A stretch of 60,166 nucleotides of DNA from Gammaproteobacteria bacterium (GTDB lineage: Bacteria; Pseudomonadota; Gammaproteobacteria; Enterobacterales; GCA-2746155), in assembly GCA_030589945.1 (NCBI GenBank), contig JAUUZN010000002.1:1-60166 (forward strand). The letters run 5' to 3'. Position 1 is the first letter of the stretch. Each line of letters starts with the position of its first letter. The position numbers and the translations under genes are program-made. Under the pieces are notes generated by a model, which made no database searches, was not told the origin of the DNA, and saw only the letters and a list, made by a program, of their open reading frames with translations. Positions 1 to 9,778 of the stretch are shown piece after piece.

Positions 1-84
1 AATGCTCATGTACTCATCGTACACTCCGCTTTTTCATCGGCTTTGCCTTGTTCTTTGACTTCTCGCTATCCGTGTAAAGGTCTC
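1..84. repeat. Partial interspersed MITE/REP-like element, cut by the window edge
   Basis: Pattern AATGCTCATGTAC-N5-GTACACTCCGCTTTTTC...TTTGCCTTG...GTAAAGGTCTC with an internal TGTAC/GTACA hairpin. Resembles intergenic repeats I recall from marine Gammaproteobacteria. Only one copy in the window. Confidence 0.45.
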
Positions 85-92
85 AAATAGAG

Positions 93-506
93 CTAATTTA
101 AATGCGTATCGTAATAACACCAGGTGAACCCGCAGGAATTGGACCTGATCTTATTATTCAATATGTGCAACATGCACAAGCACATGAGCTCATTTGTATC
201 GCCGATCCTATTATGCTGCAAGCGCGGGCAAAAAAATTGGGCTTGTGCAGAATCATTGTCACCACCCAAACCTTTTGTGAAAAAGAGTTGTTTACCTAAC
301 TGAGCTACAGAACCATCTATAGATGGGAGTGTTCTACCTGTCGTTGGGTCACCTGTCATTCCTGTACTTGTAGCGAGACTTAACAAGACCTCCGCTGTTG
401 TAGGAATTTCAGGTTCTACAATTAAAGGGTCATCATCGCTACAGGATGATATAAATAAACTTAAGGGTATTAATATACTTAGGGTTAAGGTGTTTCTATT
501 ATTCAT
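93..506 (-). pseudogene. 5' fragment of a lipoprotein di-heme cytochrome c peroxidase (CCP/MauG family)
   Basis: Lipobox (FISSC), then [20 protein letters not shown], which normally leads straight into the first CxxCH. The motif is absent and the frame runs into the antisense of pdxA' at about nt 246. Confidence 0.7.
102..299 (+). pseudogene. pdxA: 5' fragment of 4-hydroxythreonine-4-phosphate dehydrogenase
   Basis: [17 protein letters not shown]...[16 protein letters not shown] is the PdxA N-terminus. Similarity stops at about nt 246; full PdxA is about 330 aa. Confidence 0.85.
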
Positions 507-567
507 ATTGCCAACTTATTAAATTAGAATTGTCTAATATAATGAGTTGTGTAATTATTGTGTACAA

Positions 568-584
568 TGTGACGAAGTGTCGCA
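568..584. promoter_or_regulatory. Possible RegA/PrrA/RoxR-type site
   Basis: Imperfect palindrome TGTGAC-N5-GTCGCA upstream of the peroxidase fragment; similar to the GCGNC-N5-GNCGC type motif. Confidence 0.3.
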
Positions 585-677
585 GGTCAATCGGTGTTCC
601 ATTGCCTTCATCCGTTTGCCTTCCTTTCAGTTTCTCAATGCTTGTTCTTAATCAAAAATAATAAAAATTAAAATCAG

Positions 678-706
678 TGCATCCAAACCCCTATCGAGAT
701 GCATCT
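678..706 (+). promoter_or_regulatory. Putative autoregulatory ECF sigma promoter
   Basis: TGCATCC (678-684), 16-nt spacer, GCATCT (701-706) directly upstream of the ECF operon. Confidence 0.55.
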
Positions 707-749
707 ATATAACTAAGATGTAATAATACATTGGTAAATATAGGCATAA

Positions 750-1145
750 ATGGAGAACAATATGAGTGAGTTCATGATACCAATTTCAATGTTTGCAATG
801 ATTTTAGGGATAGTTTGGGTTATTTCAGCATCCAAGGCAAAATCTAAGATAGAAATTCAACATACAATTCAGGCGGCTATTGGTAACAATACTGAGTTAA
901 CGCCTGAAGTGATTAAAGCTCTGGGTGCAAACCCTGCAAAGCCATATGCAGACTTACGTGCAGGTGTTGTATTGATTGCGGTTGCTTTAGGTTTTGTTAT
1001 ATTAGGCTATAACATAAGTAATGTAGAGGGAAATAAAGAAGTAATGTCTATTATGACGGGCGTTGCAGCATTTCCTGGCTTAATTGGCTTGGCTCTAATT
1101 GCTATGCACTTTTTCCTGAAAGGCAAAAAAGACGGTACTGAGTAA
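750..1145 (+). CDS. DUF6249-like membrane protein, ECF-associated
   Basis: Three hydrophobic segments, DLRAGVVLIAVALG motif, first gene of an ECF sigma operon. Confidence 0.7.
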   Translation: MENNMSEFMIPISMFAMILGIVWVISASKAKSKIEIQHTIQAAIGNNTELTPEVIKALGANPAKPYADLRAGVVLIAVALGFVILGYNISNVEGNKEVMSIMTGVAAFPGLIGLALIAMHFFLKGKKDGTE

Positions 1146-1148
1146 CTT

Positions 1149-1697
1149 TTGGAATCAACGGATCATGAATTGGTGGCGCTAGTCGTCGCCATGGGCGATA
1201 AAAAAGCATATGGCGTGTTGGTGCATCGCTATCAGACCTTAATAAGAGGTCTGCTTATGCGAATGACGTCAAATGCAGCTCTGGCTGATGATCTGTCACA
1301 GGCTACGTTCATCCATGCTCATAAGAAGATAGGCACCTACACGGGAAAGGGCAGCTTTAAAGGATGGCTATGCCGCATCGCACATAATGAATTTTTACAG
1401 GCGAGACGCAAGAAAAAAGCTGCTGATGCTGTATTGGAGAAGTATCGAGAACATCAGGATATACAACCACAAGCAAGTCACTGGGATGTTGGCGATACTA
1501 TGGATTTAGACTTGGCACTATCAAGGCTAAAGGAGCCAGAACGGGTTGCTATCATCATGTGTTATTCAGGTGGTTTAAGCCATAGTGAAGCATCTGATGC
1601 AATGGGACTGCCTGTTGGTACTATCAAGTCACACATTAACCGTGGCAAGAAAAAGTTAAGAGAATTGCTGGAAGAGCAGGAGGTAGTAACAGTATGA
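1149..1697 (+). CDS. ECF RNA polymerase sigma factor
   Basis: Region 2 (ADDLSQATF...FKGWLCRIAHN) and region 4 (LSHSEASDAMGLPVGTIKSHINRG). Confidence 0.95.
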   Translation: MESTDHELVALVVAMGDKKAYGVLVHRYQTLIRGLLMRMTSNAALADDLSQATFIHAHKKIGTYTGKGSFKGWLCRIAHNEFLQARRKKKAADAVLEKYREHQDIQPQASHWDVGDTMDLDLALSRLKEPERVAIIMCYSGGLSHSEASDAMGLPVGTIKSHINRGKKKLRELLEEQEVVTV

Positions 1698-2023
1698 ATA
1701 TGGAAGAAGAGCTTGATATGAAACTACAAAATGCTTTTGCCCACGCAAATGCTCAAGTACTCCCAAGTGAAGAATTTGTGAATAAAGTCATGGAAGATAT
1801 ACAGGTTAAAAGCCATAAAAGAACAGTTATTCTCGGTGGTGCTGCGACAACAGGTTCTGCGATTACTGCGGATCAGCTTTCCGGTTTGATTGAGAATGTT
1901 CATTTCACTAATCCTATATTAGCGCAGGGTTTTGAAATGCTGGGACCGGATGTCTTAATCACTGTCGCATTCGTGCTTATGGCCAGTGTTGTTGCATTTG
2001 TATTGCCAAACCGTTCGTTCTAG
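1694..2023 (+). CDS. Putative membrane anti-sigma factor
   Basis: Overlaps the sigma stop (ATGA). PSEEFVNKVM N-terminal motif, C-terminal hydrophobic helices. Confidence 0.6.
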   Translation: MNMEEELDMKLQNAFAHANAQVLPSEEFVNKVMEDIQVKSHKRTVILGGAATTGSAITADQLSGLIENVHFTNPILAQGFEMLGPDVLITVAFVLMASVVAFVLPNRSF

Positions 2024-2090
2024 TTGATTGACAGCTAAGCATGGTGCACGGTTTAATAGACCGCTACAAAATAATTTAGGTAGGTAAACG

Positions 2091-2504
2091 ATGAGTCTTA
2101 AAAAATACACTGGCAGCTGTCTTTGTGGCGATGTTAAATATGAGGTAGAAGCTGAGGCTGAGAGTTTTTATTTATGTCATTGTCAACAATGCAGAAAACT
2201 AACCGGTTCAGCCATGGCAAGTAATATTCAGCTAGCGCCTGCAGATGTAAATTGGCTCTGTGGTGAGTCACAAATCAAACGCTTCGACCAGCCTGGAGAC
2301 AGAACATTTACAAAGGTGTTCTGTTCTAATTGTGGTTCTGCTTTACCTTATATTAATAAAAGTGGGAATTCTTTGGTTATCCCAGCCGGTTCTCTGGATC
2401 ATCAGATAGATATTGCACCAGAGGTGAATATATTTTGGGAAGATAAAGCTGAATGGTTAGAACTTGGTATAGAAGCACGAAAGTGCGATGGTTTTGATGA
2501 ATAG
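2091..2504 (+). CDS. GFA/CENP-V family protein
   Basis: GSCLCG, CHCQQCRK and FCSNCGS zinc motifs. Confidence 0.92.
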   Translation: MSLKKYTGSCLCGDVKYEVEAEAESFYLCHCQQCRKLTGSAMASNIQLAPADVNWLCGESQIKRFDQPGDRTFTKVFCSNCGSALPYINKSGNSLVIPAGSLDHQIDIAPEVNIFWEDKAEWLELGIEARKCDGFDE

Positions 2505-2599
2505 ATTGATTTTAATGTTAGTACCTAAGTAAATAATAAACATTTCATAAATTACTGTCAGGCATATTTTAAGTCACTTTTAATCGGTTCTAGAATGAA

Positions 2600-2633
2600 G
2601 AGGGCACACATAAGTAAACCTATGTGTGCCCTC
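2600..2633. terminator. Hairpin terminator between convergent genes
   Basis: Perfect 13-bp stem GAGGGCACACATA / TATGTGTGCCCTC with an 8-nt loop. Confidence 0.8.
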
Positions 2634-2655
2634 GACTTATGACTAACTAAACAGC

Positions 2656-5079
2656 TTAAAATTCGTACGAAATAGTCGCACCAAATGTTTGTGGCTGATT
2701 AGGATAGACTGTAATGCTTCCAGCTTGTATTGGTGTTGGAAAACCTGACATAAAGTATTCATCATCGTTTAGATTTCTGACCCAAAGTTGAATGCTGACA
2801 TCATTGTTGAAAGTCACACCAGCACTGGCATTAAGGGTACTCACTTCACGTGTTAAATCATCGGGTAGGTTTGCAACCAGTAAAGCTTCACTCTCATAGA
2901 TGTAGTCTGAGCGGATATATCCGTATGCGCCACTATCAAACTCGAAATCATACATAATACCAGCAACGATACTCGTTTCATGGACTCCAGCAGGTTTCTT
3001 ACCGGTTAAATCAATTGGACCAGAAGGACCTTGTGCACCCGCAAATGAATCGTAGATAGGGTCAAGGAACGTACCTGCTAAAGTTAGCGTCCAGTTATCG
3101 TTTGGTCTAAAGACTGAATCAAACTCTACGCCAGTAGTACTTTGTTGACCAGCATTTGCAAGAACAAAACCGGTTCCAATAAAGATGGAAGATTGAAATT
3201 CTTCAATGGTCTGGTCAAAGTATGTGATATTAAAAGCACCTTTTTCGAATCGTGTTTTCATACCTAACTCATAAACAGTAGCTTCTTCAGGAGCAGCACT
3301 TCTTGTTCCATAACGTTGATCGCCTCGAGCAAGGCCAGCTGCTATCAATGCAGTTTGATCGGTCATGAAGGGAAGTGTATCGCGAGATAAGTTCCAAGAC
3401 GTAGCTTTAAATCCAGTCGCTGCTGTGGCAAAGATATTAACATTCTCATTAACTTCATAAGCTAAGCGTACAGTCCATGTGGTTGCACTATCTGAGCTCT
3501 TGCCATCTTCCACAGAGTTAGGAAAATCTAACATGGGTGGTAAAAACTGGAAGCTTTGTAAAATTGGAACAGCTGGTGCGAGTGATGGAATGAATCCAAT
3601 AGGAACACCAAATAGAGTAAGGTCATTGGTTAGGTCTATTGCAGAAAGCGCATCGGTATTCGTTTGAGTGACCGTTAAGTCTTTCTCGTCATTGGTATAA
3701 CTCATACCAAAGGTAGCTGTGAATTCATCTGAAATATGATAATCAAAGGTAGCGAATATTGAATAAGCTTTATTATCTTGCGTGTAGGCAGTATTAACAC
3801 TGGTATCTGATGAAAAGAACGAACCAGGAGCAAGACCATATACGCCCTCAACACCAGCAAGTAGTCCAGGTGCTCCACCAGCCGCCAATAAGACGTCAAA
3901 GAAACTTCTGATATTGTCACCAAAGAACAGGGTATCATCGGTCGTTACATCTTCTTGGAAGATAAAGGCGCCTACCATCCAATCTAATTTGCGTTTACCT
4001 GTTGATGTTAATCGGAACTCTTGAGTAAACGTTTCAATTTTGACATTCGCAGACTCGTTAATGACATCTAACGATGAAAAATCAACGTCATTATCAAAAC
4101 CTGATTCATTGGTACGCATCGCTGTAATTGAGACAAAAGTGAATCCATCAAAATTAATGTCGGCCTGTAAAGAAAACCCACTATCTTCAACTTTATTAGT
4201 AGGATCACTATTAAGAGCAGACTCATAAGAAAAAGGCGTTGTGTCACTAGTGACCTGTCCACCTAATAATTGAGTGATTGGAGCAGTGGGGCCATTAATA
4301 AAGCTTGAGACGGTACAACAAACTTCATCAATTTCACTCATATCAGCGATTAAGCGTAAGGTAACATCGGCTGTAGGTTCAAAGAGCATTTGTCCACGAA
4401 CGTTCCAACGATCTCGCGTATTCAAATCGCCAAGTCCTACGATACTTTCTGTATAGCCATCACGAGTATTTAAACCAGCAGAGAGACTAAAGGCTGTAGT
4501 ATCATTAATCTCATTAGTGATATAACCTTTAAACACCTGTTGGTTATAATTTCCGAACCCTGCTTCAAACTTTCCCTCAAAATCATGAGATGGTGTTTTA
4601 GTCCGTACGTTGATAACACCTGCTGAAGCATTCTTACCGAATAATGTGCTCTGTGGTCCACTTAATATTTCTATCTGATCAAGCCTCGGCAAATCACCGA
4701 TTTGAGAAGCTGAGCGAGAACGGTATACGCCATCAATAAAAACACCCACTGAAGGTTCTATGCCGGTGTTGTTTGAACCGTTACCGAAACCACGAAGTGT
4801 GAAACTTGTGTTAACAGAGCGTTGTAGAGGTGTAACTCTCAGTGTTGGAACAATTGCTTGAAGGTCATAGATGTCTAGAATCTTAGTCCGCTCTATAGCT
4901 TCTTCACCTACCACTGTAATAGCAATGGGTGATTGTTGTAATCCTTGCTGTCGTTTAGAGGCGGTTACGATGATCACATCGTCATCGACGGCTTCATCAC
5001 CTTCAGCTGCATATAATTGTTGATTGGTTGGTATCAGTGTAGCTAGGGCTGCTATGCTAAAAATCTTTAGAACTCGCAT
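2656..5079 (-). CDS. TonB-dependent receptor
   Basis: Signal peptide, TonB box (DVIIVTA), plug motif IEILSGPQSTLFGKNASAGVIN, C-terminal ISYEF. Confidence 0.95.
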   Translation of the reverse strand: MRVLKIFSIAALATLIPTNQQLYAAEGDEAVDDDVIIVTASKRQQGLQQSPIAITVVGEEAIERTKILDIYDLQAIVPTLRVTPLQRSVNTSFTLRGFGNGSNNTGIEPSVGVFIDGVYRSRSASQIGDLPRLDQIEILSGPQSTLFGKNASAGVINVRTKTPSHDFEGKFEAGFGNYNQQVFKGYITNEINDTTAFSLSAGLNTRDGYTESIVGLGDLNTRDRWNVRGQMLFEPTADVTLRLIADMSEIDEVCCTVSSFINGPTAPITQLLGGQVTSDTTPFSYESALNSDPTNKVEDSGFSLQADINFDGFTFVSITAMRTNESGFDNDVDFSSLDVINESANVKIETFTQEFRLTSTGKRKLDWMVGAFIFQEDVTTDDTLFFGDNIRSFFDVLLAAGGAPGLLAGVEGVYGLAPGSFFSSDTSVNTAYTQDNKAYSIFATFDYHISDEFTATFGMSYTNDEKDLTVTQTNTDALSAIDLTNDLTLFGVPIGFIPSLAPAVPILQSFQFLPPMLDFPNSVEDGKSSDSATTWTVRLAYEVNENVNIFATAATGFKATSWNLSRDTLPFMTDQTALIAAGLARGDQRYGTRSAAPEEATVYELGMKTRFEKGAFNITYFDQTIEEFQSSIFIGTGFVLANAGQQSTTGVEFDSVFRPNDNWTLTLAGTFLDPIYDSFAGAQGPSGPIDLTGKKPAGVHETSIVAGIMYDFEFDSGAYGYIRSDYIYESEALLVANLPDDLTREVSTLNASAGVTFNNDVSIQLWVRNLNDDEYFMSGFPTPIQAGSITVYPNQPQTFGATISYEF

Positions 5080-5123
5080 GGGTCATTCCTCGTTGATTTG
5101 TATCATTTATTTTTGGTTTGGCG

Positions 5124-5138
5124 GTAATTTTAAATTAC
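5124..5138. promoter_or_regulatory. Palindromic operator candidate
   Basis: GTAATTT-T-AAATTAC perfect inverted repeat about 45 nt upstream of the receptor start; regulator unknown. Confidence 0.35.
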
Positions 5139-5148
5139 ATAAATCATT

Positions 5149-5167
5149 CATGATGATTCTTATTATT
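5149..5167 (-). promoter_or_regulatory. Fur-box-like site
   Basis: AATAATAAGAATCATCATG on the minus strand matches 14/19 of GATAATGATAATCATTATC. The region is AT-rich, so a chance match is possible. Confidence 0.4.
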
Positions 5168-5642
5168 ATTTATTTTTATACAGGCCGTTCATTTCTAATA
5201 CAGTAGTTCTGTTAACCCCATTGATGGGTAGTCGCACTATAAATGTACAGCTGAAACAGAACTCTAATTCAGTTTTATAAAAATATCAACTTTATGGCGA
5301 TAGTTAACAAGCTTTGGGTCATTGAATTATAGGTGTTTTAAGGGATTTTCTGAACCTTTTGAACTCAGATATAAGCCAATATTATTAAAATAATTCTAAA
5401 TAACATCTTTTTATTTGTAATTTCTGCACAAAGTAAAAAATTCAAACTATAGTATCCTTATAGGGCTGTAATTCAATAGATTTGAATTGCTATCGATAAG
5501 GATATCAGTTATAAGATTATCCTAATAAAAACGAATATAAATTTATAATTTAAAAGATGAGACCAACAAGGCTGTAGTCTCAAAAATCAAACGTTATAAA
5601 AATTAAACAATTGATAAATATTGATTAGATAGGGATGTATTA

Positions 5643-6440
5643 ATGCGCGGTGAAGTAGACATTCAGCAGAGTTCTTCCGAGTTACCCAACCTACTTATTA
5701 TTGATGACTCTGAATCATTGGTTATTTTTATTACTGAGTTATTTTCTGAAGATTTTTATTGCCAAAGTGCATCTGATGGTCAGGAAGGCATACAAAAAGC
5801 AGAACGTCTGTTACCAGATATTATCCTGTGCGATGTAAAAATGCCAAAAATTTCAGGGCTAGACGTAGTCAGGACTCTCAAAAATAATCCAAAAACAAGA
5901 TTTATTCCTATTATCCTTCTCAGTGGTTATAACACGCGTGAAAACCGTCTTGAAGGGTTAAGAGCGATGGCGGATGATTTTCTACCCAAACCGTTCGATT
6001 ATGAAGAACTGCGTATTAAGATGACAAATCTTCTACAAATACGTAAAGAACTTCAGACGAATGATAATGAAGATTTCTTAAATATTGAACTTGGATTGGA
6101 TGCAAATAATTACAGCAGTGACCATCGTCACTTTATCGAACTGATGTTAGGTTGTTTTATAGCAAAATATTCTGATCGAAAACTCAATGTAAATCTCATC
6201 GCCGAACATATGAACATCAGTATTCGCCAATTACAAAGAAAAATAAAGGCAATTACCGGGTTATCCCCGATGGATTTATTAAGAATTTATCGCCTGAGGC
6301 AGTCATCGCAATTGTTACTCAGACATAAGAGTATCGCAGAAGTTGCTGAAGCCTGTGGTTTTCGTTCTCCAAACTATTTTTGTACCTGTTTTAAAGATTA
6401 TTTCAATATTACCCCTAGTTATCATCAGCGTAATCATTAG
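5643..6440 (+). CDS. Response regulator, REC plus AraC-type HTH
   Basis: IIDD, LCDVKMP and LPKPF receiver motifs; SIAEVAEACGFRSPNYFCTCFK AraC signature. Confidence 0.92.
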   Translation: MRGEVDIQQSSSELPNLLIIDDSESLVIFITELFSEDFYCQSASDGQEGIQKAERLLPDIILCDVKMPKISGLDVVRTLKNNPKTRFIPIILLSGYNTRENRLEGLRAMADDFLPKPFDYEELRIKMTNLLQIRKELQTNDNEDFLNIELGLDANNYSSDHRHFIELMLGCFIAKYSDRKLNVNLIAEHMNISIRQLQRKIKAITGLSPMDLLRIYRLRQSSQLLLRHKSIAEVAEACGFRSPNYFCTCFKDYFNITPSYHQRNH

Positions 6441-6484
6441 AAAAAAGTTCCACGTTATACCTTTATATTTTGTTTCTCTAATAT

Positions 6485-6498
6485 TTGATCTAGATCAA
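6485..6498 (+). promoter_or_regulatory. FNR/ANR box of ccoN
   Basis: Perfect TTGAT-CTAG-ATCAA, with a -10-like TATGAT at 6520-6525 (class II spacing). Confidence 0.9.
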
Positions 6499-6642
6499 TA
6501 CTATTTTCTTCTGTATAACTATGATCGCGATTACCTCTAGGGTTAGAGAATCACAACAACTCCACATCAGACTAGTGCTTGTAATTTGCCTATTAGTTTG
6601 AACTATTTACTTAATATTTATTGAAGAAGGTTAGAGCTCTCT

Positions 6643-8055
6643 ATGGATACCAATCAATATAATTATAAAGTTGTCAAACAGTTTGCATTTATGACCGTAA
6701 TTTGGGGCATAGTGGGCATGCTGGTTGGCGTAATCATAGCTACTCAGTTAATTTGGCCAGATTTCTTGAGAGATATTCCCTGGCTAAGTTATGGTCGATT
6801 GAGACCTTTACATACCAATGCAGTAATTTTTGCATTTGGCGGCAGTGGATTGTTTGCAACTGCTTACTATGTTGTGCAACGAACCTGCCATGTACAATTA
6901 TTCATGCCTCGTCTAGCGGCCTTTACCTTCTGGGGATGGCAATTGGTAATTGTTCTTGCAGCAATTACACTGCCTCTTGGTTTGACCACTTCTAAAGAAT
7001 ATGCAGAACTTGAATGGCCAATTGATATCTTAATTACGGTCGTTTGGGTCTCCTTTGCAATTGTTTATTTTGGCACCATTGTAAAACGTAAGACATCGCA
7101 TATTTATGTAGCCAATTGGTTTTATGGTGCATTCATCTTAACCATTGCAGTTTTACATTTGGTCAATAGCGCTGCAGTTCCCGTAACATTCTTTAAATCT
7201 TACTCAGCATACGCTGGCGCCATTGATGCGATGGTGCAGTGGTGGTACGGACATAATGCAGTTGGATTCTTCCTAACGGCTGGTTTCCTTGGCATGATGT
7301 ATTATTTTGTCCCTGTACAGTCTGGACAACCCGTTTACTCATACCGTCTTTCAGTAGTTCACTTTTGGGCATTGATTGCAATTTATATGTGGGCAGGTCC
7401 TCATCACCTTCATTACACTTCACTACCGGATTGGGCCCAATCCATTGGTATGGTGTTTTCTTTGATTTTGTTAGCTCCATCTTGGGGTGGCATGATCAAT
7501 GGTATGATGACCATGTCGGGTGCTTGGCATAAGCTTCGCCACGATCCCATATTACAATTTATGATTGTATCCTTATCGTTTTACGGTATGTCTACTTTTG
7601 AAGGTCCTATGATGGCCATCAAAACCGTCAATGCATTATCTCATTATACAGACTGGACCATTGGTCACGTTCATTCAGGCGCATTAGGCTGGGTGGCGAT
7701 GGTGACCATCGGTACACTTTATTCTCTATTTCCTCGACTCTATGGAAAGACAGAAATGTTCAGCGTGCCATTAATCCGAGTGCATTTTTGGTTAGCAACT
7801 GTCGGTGTGGTTCTTTATATCACCGCCATGTGGATTGCCGGAGTGATGCAAGGGCTGATGTGGCGTGCGGTGAATGATGATGGAACTTTAACCTATAGTT
7901 TCGTTGAGTCATTGGAAGCGACAATGCCTTATTATGGTGTTCGTTTGCTCGGAGGAACTATCTTCCTAATTGGTATGTTTTTTATGCTCTACAACGTTAT
8001 TAAGACGATTCAGGGTCCCGATACCGCTGATCGTACAATACCTGCACCTGGTTAA
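6643..8055 (+). CDS. ccoN: cbb3-type cytochrome c oxidase subunit I
   Basis: [28 protein letters not shown] and IGHVHSG motifs. Confidence 0.99.
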   Translation: MDTNQYNYKVVKQFAFMTVIWGIVGMLVGVIIATQLIWPDFLRDIPWLSYGRLRPLHTNAVIFAFGGSGLFATAYYVVQRTCHVQLFMPRLAAFTFWGWQLVIVLAAITLPLGLTTSKEYAELEWPIDILITVVWVSFAIVYFGTIVKRKTSHIYVANWFYGAFILTIAVLHLVNSAAVPVTFFKSYSAYAGAIDAMVQWWYGHNAVGFFLTAGFLGMMYYFVPVQSGQPVYSYRLSVVHFWALIAIYMWAGPHHLHYTSLPDWAQSIGMVFSLILLAPSWGGMINGMMTMSGAWHKLRHDPILQFMIVSLSFYGMSTFEGPMMAIKTVNALSHYTDWTIGHVHSGALGWVAMVTIGTLYSLFPRLYGKTEMFSVPLIRVHFWLATVGVVLYITAMWIAGVMQGLMWRAVNDDGTLTYSFVESLEATMPYYGVRLLGGTIFLIGMFFMLYNVIKTIQGPDTADRTIPAPG

Positions 8056-8069
8056 TTAAGGAGATACTC

Positions 8070-8675
8070 ATGAGTCATGAAACAATTGAAAAAAATGTAG
8101 GCTTAATGGCAATCCTTATTGTTGTTGCCATTAGTTGGGGGGGATTAGCTGAAATCGTCCCGCTATTCTTTATCTCCGAAACAACTGAACCCGTTGAAGG
8201 ATTAAAACCTTATCCAGCTCTAGAACTAGAAGGTCGTGATATCTACATCCGTGAAGGTTGTCATGTGTGTCACACACAGATGATTCGCCCCTTACGTGCT
8301 GAGACTGAGCGATATGGACACTATACGGTCGCAGGTGAGGATGTTTATGAGCATCCATTCCTTTGGGGCTCTAAACGAACTGGGCCTGACTTATCAAGAA
8401 TTGGCAATCGCTACAGTGATGATTGGCACAGAGTTCATTTGAATGACCCTCGTGATGTTGTGCCTGAGTCTAACATGCCAGCCTATACCTGGTTGAACGG
8501 TGCTGTTCTTGATGGTGTTGATACTCCGAAAAAATTGGAAGCTTTAAAATTTTTAGGAGTTCCATACACTGATGAAGACATTGCAAATGCCACAGACGCT
8601 GTTAAAGGAAAAACTGAGATGGATGCAATTGTCGCCTATCTTCAGGGTCTTGGTAAAGAAATGAAGAATCGATAA
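8070..8675 (+). CDS. ccoO: cbb3 oxidase subunit II
   Basis: [13 protein letters not shown] and [10 protein letters not shown] motifs. Confidence 0.99.
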   Translation: MSHETIEKNVGLMAILIVVAISWGGLAEIVPLFFISETTEPVEGLKPYPALELEGRDIYIREGCHVCHTQMIRPLRAETERYGHYTVAGEDVYEHPFLWGSKRTGPDLSRIGNRYSDDWHRVHLNDPRDVVPESNMPAYTWLNGAVLDGVDTPKKLEALKFLGVPYTDEDIANATDAVKGKTEMDAIVAYLQGLGKEMKNR

Positions 8676-8679
8676 GCCA

Positions 8680-8862
8680 ATGGATATTAATGTATTCAGA
8701 GGCATAACAACCTTAATTTTGTTAATCATCTTTATTGGCTTCATCTTTTGGGCATTTAGTAAAAACAGGAAAAAATCTTTTTCTGAAGCTGAATTAATGC
8801 CCTTTGATGACGAGCAAATAAAACAAATTAAAAAGCAACGTGAGGACAGCAATCATGAGTGA
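8680..8862 (+). CDS. ccoQ: cbb3 oxidase subunit IV
   Basis: Single TM helix, WAFSK...F..A..MPFDD, located between ccoO and ccoP. Confidence 0.92.
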   Translation: MDINVFRGITTLILLIIFIGFIFWAFSKNRKKSFSEAELMPFDDEQIKQIKKQREDSNHE

Positions 8863-9736
8863 TTTCTGGAGTTGGTACATCATAATTTTAGTTGTAATTA
8901 ATATTGTCGCTATCTGGGGATTGTTACATTTTACCCGTGAGCTAGACGTTACTCCTGAAGAAGACGGCACAACAGGGCATGCGTACGATGGTATTAAAGA
9001 ATATAATAATCCACTGCCCAGATGGTGGTTGTATATGTTTTATATCACCATAATTTATTCAGTGGTTTACCTCATTGTTTATCCTGGCATGGGAAATTAT
9101 GCAGGGACCTTTGGTTGGAGTTCTGCCGGCCAACATCAGGAACAGGTCGATGATGCGAACGCTAAATTTGGTCCTATTTTTGAGAAGTACGCGAAAATTG
9201 AAGTTGAAGAGTTAGTCAAAGAGAAAAAGGCCGTTGTAATGGGTCAAAGAATCTTCGCCAACACCTGCTTCGCCTGTCATGGTTCTGACGCTCGTGGTGC
9301 ACCGGGATATCCAAACTTAACAGATTCTGGATGGCTTTATGGTTCAACACCCGATGATATTAAAATGAGTATCACCAACGGTCGAACTGGCGTAATGCCT
9401 CCTATGGGTGCAGCACTCGGTGAAGATGGACTTAAAGATGTCGTTGCCTACGTGCTCACATTGTCTGGTAGAGAGTCGCCAACGGGTGATGCTGAAGCTG
9501 GCAAAGCAAAGTTTGTAATTTGCTCAGCCTGTCACGGTGCTGAAGGTAAGGGAAATCCTTTAATGGGTGCGCCTGATCTAACCGATTCGGTATGGCTTTA
9601 CGGTGGTTCTCCCATGTTAATTGCTAAAACAGTCACTGAAGGAAGAATGGGTGTAATGCCTGCTCATAGAGATATTTTAACGGCAGAGCAGATCCATTTG
9701 GTCACTGCCTATATCTATTCCTTGACCAATCAATAA
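8855..9736 (+). CDS. ccoP: cbb3 oxidase subunit III (diheme)
   Basis: GHAYDGIKEYNNPLPRWW, CFACH and CSACH. ATG at 8855 follows a GAGGA RBS. Confidence 0.98.
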   Translation: MSDFWSWYIIILVVINIVAIWGLLHFTRELDVTPEEDGTTGHAYDGIKEYNNPLPRWWLYMFYITIIYSVVYLIVYPGMGNYAGTFGWSSAGQHQEQVDDANAKFGPIFEKYAKIEVEELVKEKKAVVMGQRIFANTCFACHGSDARGAPGYPNLTDSGWLYGSTPDDIKMSITNGRTGVMPPMGAALGEDGLKDVVAYVLTLSGRESPTGDAEAGKAKFVICSACHGAEGKGNPLMGAPDLTDSVWLYGGSPMLIAKTVTEGRMGVMPAHRDILTAEQIHLVTAYIYSLTNQ

Positions 9737-9778
9737 GTGTTAAGATTATATTAATAGTTACTAATGTAAGCAGCTAAC

